Of a stretch of DNA of 38,931 bases, positions 18,282 to 26,483 are shown in pieces; positions within the stretch are counted from its first letter, which is position 1; each line of letters opens with the position of its first letter. Made by a program: the position numbers and the translations under genes. Source of the stretch: a virus (lineage: Duplodnaviria > Caudoviricetes); IMG/VR virus record IMGVR_UViG_3300014202_000602, positions 1 to 38,931 of that record; one strand, 5' to 3'. The notes beneath the pieces were generated by a model. That model ran no database searches, was not told the origin of the DNA, and saw nothing but the letters and a program-made list of their open reading frames with translations.

Positions 18282-18685
18282 ACATTGATCTCATACGCGA
18301 CGGTCAGGCTTCGCCGAATTACGGTCAGCTGTTTGTCGACGGCTCCTTGCTCGGACAAACATTGGAAGACGAAGACAGACATCTTGAGGACGGAGGGGAG
18401 AAGGTCTATGGACAGACAGCTATACCTCGTGGGCGGTACAAAGTCGTCCTCTCGATGTCAAACCGATTCAAGAAAGTCATGCCGGAAGTGCTCGACGTGC
18501 CAGGATTCAGCGGGATACGAATCCACGGAGGCAATACTGAACATGACACTCTGGGGTGTCCTCTTCTGGGCCACGTTCGCACGGCTGATGGTATCAGGGA
18601 CAGCAAAGGGCCGAATACAAGACTGATCGACCTGCTCGCCGCTGCTGAGCTGCGTGGGGAGGAAGCTTGGTTGGAAGTGTCGTGA
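18278..18685 (+). CDS. DUF5675-like protein, putative endolysin
   Basis: TLED, TAIPRGRYKV and GIRIHGGNT..DTLGCPLLG (HxGN...GC) motifs; sits between membrane genes and spanins. Confidence 0.75.
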   Translation: MNIDLIRDGQASPNYGQLFVDGSLLGQTLEDEDRHLEDGGEKVYGQTAIPRGRYKVVLSMSNRFKKVMPEVLDVPGFSGIRIHGGNTEHDTLGCPLLGHVRTADGIRDSKGPNTRLIDLLAAAELRGEEAWLEVS

Positions 18686-18933
18686 CTGAACAACGCAGCT
18701 CGATATTCCGCCGAGACCTGAACGACTTGATTCGGTCGCCTGACGGCAAAGTGTCGGAAGCCAAGGGATTCGCTGTAGCGTTCAAGATGGCAATGCTCTA
18801 TGTATTTCTGAAGTACGCCGAATCCATCCTGGCAGAGTGGACGATCCTGGCGCTGTTCATCACCGCGTTTCTTGCGCCTGATTTACTCAAGAAGGTGATA
18901 TCAATGAAGACTGGTGTGAGGGAACCGAAATGA
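18682..18933 (+). CDS. Putative holin
   Basis: GTGA coupling, two hydrophobic segments, basic C-terminus. Confidence 0.6.
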   Translation: MTEQRSSIFRRDLNDLIRSPDGKVSEAKGFAVAFKMAMLYVFLKYAESILAEWTILALFITAFLAPDLLKKVISMKTGVREPK

Positions 18934-19379
18934 CATTCCTGTTGATGAACTGGAAATTGGTATTGATCGCGGCTTTGGTCGCTTCCAATGCGCTTACATT
19001 CAAACTATGGCGCGAAGAGGCTCGCGAGTATGCTGTGTTCAAAGCAGGCGTTGTCGTGCTTGGACAGGAGATGGAGAAGCACGCAAAGAAGGTCGAAGCT
19101 GATAACGCCAAAACCACCAAGGAGATCAAAGATGCGATTCCAAAACAGATTGCCGCTGCTCGCTCCAGTGCTGTTCGCAATTATATTGCCAGCTTGCCAG
19201 TCGATTCCAGTGGCGGTGACGTGTCCTGTCCTCCCAACCGTGCCGGTGGAACTGATGCAACCGGCAAAGAACCAGTGGCTGCTTGTCGAGCCACCTTCAT
19301 CGAAGACTGCGCCCAAGACGCTGCCGCAATAGGTCTGTGGCAGGACTGGGCGCGCAGGATCGGGTTTCCTGTCAGGTGA
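18930..19379 (+). CDS. i-spanin (Rz-like)
   Basis: N-terminal transmembrane helix, coiled coil, C-terminal cysteines; contains an embedded lipoprotein ORF. Confidence 0.75.
   Translation: MTFLLMNWKLVLIAALVASNALTFKLWREEAREYAVFKAGVVVLGQEMEKHAKKVEADNAKTTKEIKDAIPKQIAAARSSAVRNYIASLPVDSSGGDVSCPPNRAGGTDATGKEPVAACRATFIEDCAQDAAAIGLWQDWARRIGFPVR
19132..19332 (+). CDS. o-spanin (Rz1-like lipoprotein) embedded in the +1 frame
   Basis: AAGGAG at 19119-19124, ATG 19132, signal peptide ending in lipobox ILPAC, Pro-rich mature part. Confidence 0.8.
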   Translation: MRFQNRLPLLAPVLFAIILPACQSIPVAVTCPVLPTVPVELMQPAKNQWLLVEPPSSKTAPKTLPQ

Positions 19380-19550
19380 TCAAGCTGTGTAGACGCGCTT
19401 TGACCCGTTGCATATAGGACACGTCGTCAGCTGCGGCTTTGCTCCAGGAGCAATGCAGGGACAATGCCAACTGCGTAGAGAAGAAGAGGGAACGACGTTC
19501 AGAAAGCCGAACGCGGAAGCTATTGCGGTTGCAATGACGGTTGGGCTCAT
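19380..19550 (-). CDS. Small Cys-rich protein (56 aa, zinc-ribbon-like), not in the ORF track
   Basis: ATGA overlap with the methyltransferase stop; MSPTVIATAIASAFGFLNVVPSSSLRSWHCPCIAPGAKPQLTTCPICNGSKRVYTA; its stop abuts the spanin stop. Confidence 0.55.
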   Translation of the reverse strand: MSPTVIATAIASAFGFLNVVPSSSLRSWHCPCIAPGAKPQLTTCPICNGSKRVYTA

Positions 19551-20491
19551 TTCATCCTCACGAAAAGTGCGTTTCCTGCCTCGAAATAGCTGTCGTGTGC
19601 TCCACGTTCCAGCAGCGCGTCGCCGATGCGTCTCGGACCGTCTCCGTGTGCCCAGACGTAGTCGTCGAGGATGAGCCAGCCGCCAGGAGCGAGCTTCGGC
19701 AACCAGAGATCGACGTCCTGCTTGACCGCCTCATAATCGTGGTTACCGTCGATATGCAGTACAGAAATGCCGTATGGGAAATGCTTGGCAGCTTCCGCTG
19801 ACGGTTTGCGCTCGTGTCTGACGTTCTTGGTCACCAGAACGGCCACATTGACAGCATAGGACTCCGCCACGACTTCCCAGTCCCACTCGTCAGTCATTGC
19901 TGTCAGCAGGACAGGTGAATCCTTCTGGGAGCCTTCTACAGCCGACCAAGGATCTACCGTCAGCACTGGGCCGAGGTGGAACCTGAATGCCATCCACCCC
20001 AGAACGAATGCCGTCCGTCCGCACAACGAGCCAACTTCGACAACATTGCCATTCGGCGCGTTGGAGCACGCAGCAATCACCCCCATGATCTTCTCGTCGT
20101 TCGACTCGCCGTAGATCAGCGAAGCTTGTCGCAGCAGTCCGGCCACTTCAATGCGCGACAAGCGATAGACCTTTGTGTGTGCCAGCAGCGCATCTGTTCG
20201 CTTCATCAGCTCCCGGTGTTCCCGCATCTGGCGCTGGATGGGCGATTCTCCGATCAGCACAAGACCATGCAGGAATGTCTCCATGAACTTATGCACACTG
20301 GCGGCAGGACAAAGGAGGTGTGTGACGTCTTCGTCACGGATGTACGCCATGAAGGTGTCGGGAAATGCCGCGTCATGAATCTGCGGCATTGCTTCCCCAA
20401 ACAGGGCAATCGTTTCCTCTCCACGTTGTCGCGCCATGCGCACGTAATCGCTGGCCTCTTTGCCAACGAATGGGAATATCAGAGTCTTCAT
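19547..20491 (-). CDS. Class I SAM-dependent methyltransferase (Methyltransf_24-like) with an extra N-terminal domain
   Basis: VVEVGSLCGRT, VLTVDPW and LHIDGNHDYEAVKQD...LAPGGWLILDDY motifs. Confidence 0.85.
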   Translation of the reverse strand: MKTLIFPFVGKEASDYVRMARQRGEETIALFGEAMPQIHDAAFPDTFMAYIRDEDVTHLLCPAASVHKFMETFLHGLVLIGESPIQRQMREHRELMKRTDALLAHTKVYRLSRIEVAGLLRQASLIYGESNDEKIMGVIAACSNAPNGNVVEVGSLCGRTAFVLGWMAFRFHLGPVLTVDPWSAVEGSQKDSPVLLTAMTDEWDWEVVAESYAVNVAVLVTKNVRHERKPSAEAAKHFPYGISVLHIDGNHDYEAVKQDVDLWLPKLAPGGWLILDDYVWAHGDGPRRIGDALLERGAHDSYFEAGNALFVRMK

Positions 20492-22518
20492 AGTACAAGT
20501 CCTTTCATGATGCGGTTGGCAAGACCACGACGTTTCAGCGTGTGGTAGATTCGCGGGTAAGACTGAGAGGCGGCGATGAGAATCGGATAGCCGTCTGGGA
20601 TCAGCTTATCTTCATCATCGACCTGCGCGACGCACCGCACTCTTGCACGAATGGCTGCTGCCTGCTCACCCTTCCCCCACAAGATCACTTCTTGTGCGAG
20701 CGGGTGCGAGAAGCCAGCGAAACGAATACGGCTGAGATCGTCAATGAACACACACTCTGCCCCGATTTCGAGAAGCTCCGAGAACAGACATTCAACTGCC
20801 TCGTATTGCTCTCTGGTGGCGTGCTCTTGACGGAAGTCACAGCTGATTTGAAAGTTGCACGACAGGAGACTGTTATCCATCATCAGCTGAACAAACTCTT
20901 CGATTTCAAGCTGGGAGCAGTTGTCTTCTGTCAGGATGTACTTGATCGTGACGCGCTCTGCGGCGTGCTCTGCGTAGCGAGCGACGTTGCCTATGACAGT
21001 TGTCAGCTTGTCTGCACCGCGCACCTTCTTGAAAGTGTCAATGGTCCCGGCGTCAATGCTCGTCACGACCTCCACATTCTGGTCTACATTCAACATCGAC
21101 TGGAGAAAGTAGTTGAACTTGACGCTGTTCGTAAGCACACGCTGCCGTGCGCCGCGTTTGCTGAACAGCTGCAGCAACGGCTCAAACTCCGGACTGACGG
21201 TCGGTTCGCCGCCACCCCATACGACACTGCCGTCGTCGGCGAGGATCGAGCTGCCGAGCAGCAAGGCGTCGTAACTTGGGCGGCGTCCGTCATAGTACAT
21301 GGAAGGACAATAGGCGCACCGAAGATTGCAGACACTGTGGTGTTCCATAGACAGGTAATCCACACGCTCGAGAACCGGTCCATGCTCCTTGAACTCAAGC
21401 CAGGGACATCCTGAGCACGAAGTCTGTTCGCCAGCATTGATCGCGGCAAGCAGTTCCAGCTTCGCAGCCAGGATAGCTGTCGGCGTCATCTCGTCTCCCT
21501 TACCGAGCAGCACGACATCTCCTCTCCGCTCACCGTCGACAAAGAATCGCTTGCAGCAAGCGCGGACTTCATCCGGACCAAGATAGGCCGAATGCTGTAA
21601 GTCTTTACAGGACCATGTTCTGTCGAACACGGCGGATTCTGCTGTCTTGACAGAAGCGAAGTGCCTTGCCACTATTGCATATTGAGTCTGCAAAGTGGTA
21701 TTCGCGCACAACACGAGCCAGTTGCGCGGGAAAGCCTCGTGGAGATAATTTATCAGCTCATACACCTGCGAAGACTTCGCCTTCCTGAATATCTCACGGA
21801 TACGTGTAGCAGCAACTCCGACGATGCCGCGTTCAATGAATTCCGCCGGGACAGACTCCTTCTCGGCCATTATCACAACCCCACGCCACGCGTTGATGAA
21901 CCCGTCAATGTGTCTCTCGCTAACAGATCCTGTGACGCCATTCGGTCCTTTCCGGTAGATGGCAGTACCAAGGTAAGCCGTGCGCCGTGCGTTTCTGTAA
22001 GCGGAGAACATCACCTCAACGTCTTCGTGGTATCCCGCTCTGAACCTCAGATTTGCGAACAGTGACCGGCGGATGGCCGTGAATATGACGGAGCCATCCA
22101 TGCGCAACGCGGCATAGGCATTGAGCAGATCTTGCCGTTCCCCTCTCAACCATCGTGCGTCGAGCGGGTTGTAGCCGATGATGTCGATGTCGTCTGGCAG
22201 CTGATCAATACGCTTGCTGAGTATTTGTGTCGCGCCGTCTGCCAGCTCGTCGTCAGCGTCCAGAAACACCACCCAGTCACCTTGTGCCATCCGCACGCCG
22301 TAGTTTCTTGCGATTCCGGCTCCAAGATTCTTCTGCAACGTGCAGAAGGTTGTATTTGTACGGTTGCTCAAAGAAAGATGCACGCGAGTAGAAGTAAAGT
22401 CTGTGGAACCGTCATTGACGACAATGACTTCAGCATCTTCTTGCTTCAGAGCGCTGCGCAGACAACGGTCGATGGTCTTCTCTGCGTTGTACACAGGTAT
22501 GACAATAGAGAACTTCAT
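20488..22518 (-). CDS. GT2 glycosyltransferase - radical SAM fusion protein
   Basis: SIVIPVYN, VVNDGSTD, ARNYG and FLDADD (GT2); Cys cluster C..CC..CxxC; CNLRCAYC (CxxxCxxC), GGGEP and SIDAG (radical SAM). Confidence 0.85.
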   Translation of the reverse strand: MKFSIVIPVYNAEKTIDRCLRSALKQEDAEVIVVNDGSTDFTSTRVHLSLSNRTNTTFCTLQKNLGAGIARNYGVRMAQGDWVVFLDADDELADGATQILSKRIDQLPDDIDIIGYNPLDARWLRGERQDLLNAYAALRMDGSVIFTAIRRSLFANLRFRAGYHEDVEVMFSAYRNARRTAYLGTAIYRKGPNGVTGSVSERHIDGFINAWRGVVIMAEKESVPAEFIERGIVGVAATRIREIFRKAKSSQVYELINYLHEAFPRNWLVLCANTTLQTQYAIVARHFASVKTAESAVFDRTWSCKDLQHSAYLGPDEVRACCKRFFVDGERRGDVVLLGKGDEMTPTAILAAKLELLAAINAGEQTSCSGCPWLEFKEHGPVLERVDYLSMEHHSVCNLRCAYCPSMYYDGRRPSYDALLLGSSILADDGSVVWGGGEPTVSPEFEPLLQLFSKRGARQRVLTNSVKFNYFLQSMLNVDQNVEVVTSIDAGTIDTFKKVRGADKLTTVIGNVARYAEHAAERVTIKYILTEDNCSQLEIEEFVQLMMDNSLLSCNFQISCDFRQEHATREQYEAVECLFSELLEIGAECVFIDDLSRIRFAGFSHPLAQEVILWGKGEQAAAIRARVRCVAQVDDEDKLIPDGYPILIAASQSYPRIYHTLKRRGLANRIMKGLVL

Positions 22519-22766
22519 CCCAGCTTCCTCTCTATGATGGAGCAAAGACCTCCAAAGGTCTTGAATTCTGGCCGGACAATGTCTTCGTTGGTCAGCTCAA
22601 TGTTGAACTCCTCTTCCAGCTCGAGCACGAAACGCAATAGAGACAGGGAGTCAATCAATCCCGCCTTGACGAAGTCAAAATCGTATGTGATCGTGTCTGG
22701 CAAGTCACCTCGCCGAAACAAAACTTTGCGGACTGTCGGACCAACAGCCGTGTGAACGTGGATCAT
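22515..22766 (-). CDS. Acyl carrier protein
   Basis: 83 aa, acidic; GLIDSLSLLRFVLELEEEFNIEL carries the phosphopantetheine-site serine. Confidence 0.9.
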   Translation of the reverse strand: MIHVHTAVGPTVRKVLFRRGDLPDTITYDFDFVKAGLIDSLSLLRFVLELEEEFNIELTNEDIVRPEFKTFGGLCSIIERKLG

Positions 22767-23767
22767 AGGGTGATTCTCCTTTCAGAGTCTGCGCTGAATT
22801 GCATAGCTTCCATCAAACGAAGTCCATCTATGGCGACGGAGGGACGTAGATCTTGGTGCCGTGGGTTATCAGCCCAAGCTTCGTACAGGTTGCTCAGGGC
22901 TTCCACGAATCCTGTAGGATGCCCACGCTTAAAGCGAGGATTGTCTGTCTCAAACAGCATCAAGGATCCGTTCCTGTTGCCGAAGCGCACGACGTCCGGT
23001 TCGCGCTGATACCACTCCGCAGAGCCTTCAGAACCGAACACCCTGACGCGCAGTCCGTTGCTGCAACCGGCACTGACCTTGCTGAACCACATTTGTGCCT
23101 GGAAGGACTCATACGTGATTTGCGCCGAAACATAATCCACAACGCCGACTTCCGACCAGTTGCGCTCGACAGCGTGCACAGACTGCGGCACCTCGCCGGT
23201 CAGAAACCAGATCATGTGGTGCAGATGCACGCCAAGGTCGTGGTAGATGGCTTCGTTTGACAACCGCCATTGCTGCGGTTTTGCATTGAGATAGCCGGAC
23301 TGCGGCATCTCGACATGTATATGGGATATGGCGCCAAGCTCCTCGGCTCTGACAAGCTCGCGCAATCGCTGCACGGCAGGATAGAATGCATAGTTGAATA
23401 CGACGCACAGCGGAACGCCTGTGCCCGATGAACGTCCCGCCATGCGGTTTGCATCTTCGACCGTAGTCGCCAGAGCCTTTTCGCAAAGTACCGGGACACC
23501 GTCGTCAAGGCATTGCATGACGCTGGTGTAGTGATCAGGAGTCGGTGTCAGAACGACAATTCTGTCCGGCTCCGCATCTGCGATCATACTGTCCACTGTG
23601 CTGAATGTCGGCGTGCTGTATTTGAAGCCTGACTCGAACAACACAGATCCTTGTCGGGAATAGCACCCGCCGACGATGCTGAACTTGCCTGACATTCGCA
23701 GGGCATTGATATGCGCCAGTCCTGCCGCTGAGTTGATACCGCCACCGATGACGCCGAGCCTGATCAT
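22763..23767 (-). CDS. Gfo/Idh/MocA family NAD(P)-dependent oxidoreductase
   Basis: RLGVIGGG, TPTPDH, VLCEKALA and DLGVH motifs. Confidence 0.9.
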   Translation of the reverse strand: MIRLGVIGGGINSAAGLAHINALRMSGKFSIVGGCYSRQGSVLFESGFKYSTPTFSTVDSMIADAEPDRIVVLTPTPDHYTSVMQCLDDGVPVLCEKALATTVEDANRMAGRSSGTGVPLCVVFNYAFYPAVQRLRELVRAEELGAISHIHVEMPQSGYLNAKPQQWRLSNEAIYHDLGVHLHHMIWFLTGEVPQSVHAVERNWSEVGVVDYVSAQITYESFQAQMWFSKVSAGCSNGLRVRVFGSEGSAEWYQREPDVVRFGNRNGSLMLFETDNPRFKRGHPTGFVEALSNLYEAWADNPRHQDLRPSVAIDGLRLMEAMQFSADSERRITL

Positions 23768-25011
23768 AATTTTCTCCTTTGAATTTTCCCCAATTCTGTT
23801 CGCGGGATGCCACCTACACTTTTACAGTGACGCGGAATCTGGGCGTCCGTCAGCTTGTCTGTGCAGAACCTCTGGATGTCGCGCAGTGATATTTGCTCGT
23901 CGGTGACGACGTAGATCAGCACCACCTCTCCAAGATGTTTGTCCGGGATCGACACGGCAGCACAGTCGATCACCTCTGGCATCTGGCTGACGACGTTCTC
24001 GACGTCCGCTGGCCAGACCGTCACGCCACCGACCTTGACGCGTTCGCTTGAACGTCCTGTCAGAAACAGTTTGCCGTTCTTAACATAGCCACAGTCGCCT
24101 GTCTTGAAGAAACCAACCTCTGTCAAGGAAGCTTGGGTCAAGTCAGGTCTTCCGAGATAGCCTGAGTGCAGCAACTTTGACTTCACCAGAATTTCACCTT
24201 CTTTCGTGACGGAGATTGTCGCTCCTGGCGCGGCGCAGCCGACAGAATCAGAAGCGATTCCACTGGTCGCAATTGCAATTTCTGACGCACCATAGCACTC
24301 GTGGTAGGACACCCCAGCATGGTTGAGGGTGGCGGAAAGTTCTCCGCCGTCCGGCAAACGCGGCGCTGACGAGCTGAGCACAAGTCGTATCTTGCGTGTG
24401 TCGCTTGTCAGATGGTGCAGTTGCATCGGCACGCCAACCACGACCGTGCATCGTTTCGCGGCCATGTGCCAAAGCTCAGGGCTGTACCGCGGAAGCAAGA
24501 ATGCCGTCGCTCCATTCAACAGTGCTGTGAGCACAAGCCGTTGTGCCATTGACATGTGGAGCTGTGTGCCGACGAGGATAGTGTCATCCCGCGTGATTCC
24601 GTACAGCTTTACAAACTGGCGGATTCGAGCCAGCTTTGTTTCTTGACTAAGCTGTATCAGCTTCGGTTCGCCGGTTGTGCCGCTCGTGTTCAGAATAAGA
24701 AATGGCTGCGTTGATTCTTTCACAGTGACAGATCTGAGAGTCTCTGCTGTTGCGTTGATCATCTCGTGCGACGTGTCAAATTTTACAGGGTATAAAGAGA
24801 TCCCCTTTGCAGCACAGACCAGCAATAAGACCACACCTTCTATGTCTGAGCGCACTGGGCACACTGCCCATTTTGTATAGTTGCTGACGTCCGCCATTTT
24901 TGTTCTGATGAGACGCAGCAAGCCGCCATAGGTCACGCTCAGGTCTTCGCTGATCAGCGCAGTCTTGTTCGGCGTCAGGCGCACCTGATCGCAGAAGTAT
25001 TCATAAATCAT
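23764..25011 (-). CDS. AMP-binding adenylate-forming enzyme (acyl-CoA/ACP ligase family), compact
   Basis: NTSGTTGEPK, YGASE, FKTGD, GR....VKVGG and PRTELGKIQR motifs. Confidence 0.9.
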   Translation of the reverse strand: MIYEYFCDQVRLTPNKTALISEDLSVTYGGLLRLIRTKMADVSNYTKWAVCPVRSDIEGVVLLLVCAAKGISLYPVKFDTSHEMINATAETLRSVTVKESTQPFLILNTSGTTGEPKLIQLSQETKLARIRQFVKLYGITRDDTILVGTQLHMSMAQRLVLTALLNGATAFLLPRYSPELWHMAAKRCTVVVGVPMQLHHLTSDTRKIRLVLSSSAPRLPDGGELSATLNHAGVSYHECYGASEIAIATSGIASDSVGCAAPGATISVTKEGEILVKSKLLHSGYLGRPDLTQASLTEVGFFKTGDCGYVKNGKLFLTGRSSERVKVGGVTVWPADVENVVSQMPEVIDCAAVSIPDKHLGEVVLIYVVTDEQISLRDIQRFCTDKLTDAQIPRHCKSVGGIPRTELGKIQRRKL

Positions 25012-25646
25012 GCCATGCTCCCGAAGATGTCACTGCTGAAACGATGGACGATGGACTCCGGGGCAAGCACGACGGTGCCAGGATCTGTGTTACGCAGGAC
25101 CACGGCTCCCGGACCGACAAGTGTCCGTTCCCCAAGCTCAACTCCGTCCTTAACCACAGCATTGGCCCCTATCACGCATCGCCGACCAACTTTGACCCAT
25201 CCGTCCAGCGCCACGCCGGAGTTGATCCACGAATGCTCGCCGATCTGCACATCATGACCGACGGTGACATTGCTGGCGATGAAGCAATTGCGGCCAATAG
25301 CGCAGCCGTCGTGCAATACCGTTCCTGGCAGAACAATGCACCCTGCAGACAGTCCGTCGCGCTGACCGACGCAGAACACCGCGCTGCCGAGCATGTAGCC
25401 CATGCTGGCCAACTCTTCTCGTCGAGCATTCATCCCGCCGTGCTGATACCCTATGCCGATGAGCAGCTCGTAGTGATCCGGCGGAAACCGCTCGCGCATC
25501 GCCCACGCATGACAGACAGGAACATCTTTGAGCGGCGAGTTTGGGGTTTGCTTTGACGGCGAATCTTCCACGACACCGCAAATGTACGGAGCAAACCGAG
25601 CAATCAGGCGAGCTGTTGAACCGCTGCCGTAGATGATGGTCTTCAT
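25008..25646 (-). CDS. Hexapeptide-repeat sugar N/O-acyltransferase (NeuD/PglD-like)
   Basis: N-terminal IIYGSG Rossmann-like part, LIGIG, VGHDVQIG and left-handed beta-helix repeats. Confidence 0.85.
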   Translation of the reverse strand: MKTIIYGSGSTARLIARFAPYICGVVEDSPSKQTPNSPLKDVPVCHAWAMRERFPPDHYELLIGIGYQHGGMNARREELASMGYMLGSAVFCVGQRDGLSAGCIVLPGTVLHDGCAIGRNCFIASNVTVGHDVQIGEHSWINSGVALDGWVKVGRRCVIGANAVVKDGVELGERTLVGPGAVVLRNTDPGTVVLAPESIVHRFSSDIFGSMA

Positions 25647-25824
25647 GCTGACTCTCTTTCGTTCTCCGGGTCTGCCCCGACAAAGTGATCGCACCGATCT
25701 TCGCCGTTTTTCAGCTCGAACAAAGCAGGACGCGGCATACACTTGTATTAGGCACTGCACTGAAACGATAACACTGTTTCCGCGAAGGACATTCTTGGTT
25801 GCGACATTTTAGAAGGCAAGTCAT
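25643..25824 (-). pseudogene. Small Cys-rich phage gene, apparently frameshifted
   Basis: MTCLLKCRNQECPSRKQCYRFSAVPN stops at 25711. The -1 frame continues LFELKNGEDRCDHFV...ESA and ends in an ATGA overlap with the next gene. Confidence 0.4.
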
Positions 25825-25825
25825 T

Positions 25826-25984
25826 TCATCCTCCCAATTTATACTGCTCTTGCCACAAGCACATCTGCCATCTGTCCAAATCCTGCGCTGCTGCGGCGAT
25901 GTAATGCGGTCCGCGCCCGGTGCTTCGGGCAACGACAAGATCGAATTCAGCCCACCAGATCAGGAAGCGATAGAAGTGTTTCAT
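25826..25984 (-). CDS. Small hypothetical protein (52 aa), not in the ORF track
   Basis: GGAG RBS, MKHFYRFLIWWAEFDL..., fills the gap between neighbouring genes. Confidence 0.5.
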   Translation of the reverse strand: MKHFYRFLIWWAEFDLVVARSTGRGPHYIAAAAQDLDRWQMCLWQEQYKLGG

Positions 25985-26012
25985 GTTGTACTCCTAAAAG
26001 TCTGCGCTAGTG

Positions 26013-26267
26013 CTACGGCAGAGCGCGAATAGCTGCGGCGCAGATTGTTACGGCCATTGCCCTATGATCCCAATGGCCGTGTATGGCTAGATAGTGGTAG
26101 TCGCTCCCCGACACCTGATCCTCGCAAACCTTCGCGCACCGCTCCCTCTCGGCAGCGGTTACCAAGGCGGCAAAGCGTACAAGATCAGCCGCATGAGCAT
26201 CGAACCACCAATCAGCAGCAACACGCCCGAAAGCCTCCTTCGCCATCCTGATGATTTCTTTCGTCAC
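26013..26267 (-). CDS. Small phage hypothetical protein
   Basis: RFAALVTAAERERCAKVCE...CAAAIRA, a common pattern in small proteins of proteobacterial phages. Confidence 0.7.
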   Translation of the reverse strand: MTKEIIRMAKEAFGRVAADWWFDAHAADLVRFAALVTAAERERCAKVCEDQVSGSDYHYLAIHGHWDHRAMAVTICAAAIRALP

Positions 26268-26482
26268 AGCGCCGCCCTCCGCTTAGTGGAAAATCCATAC
26301 GAACTGGCATAGGTGCAGGTATCCGCGGTGCTGCTGACTACCCGCTCACCCTCCACCATGGCGCACTTCTTCGGCGCGGAAAGCCCTCGCTCGTAACCGA
26401 GTTGATAGATGTCATGCACTGCGAGAATGACGAGCAGACCCGTACAGACGCTGATGACAAGCACATTTATCCAATCTTTCAT
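26264..26482 (-). CDS. Small membrane-anchored hypothetical protein
   Basis: ATG 26482 after the glycosyltransferase stop; N-terminal hydrophobic helix; GYERG motif. Confidence 0.6.
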   Translation of the reverse strand: MKDWINVLVISVCTGLLVILAVHDIYQLGYERGLSAPKKCAMVEGERVVSSTADTCTYASSYGFSTKRRAAL

Positions 26483-26483
26483 T

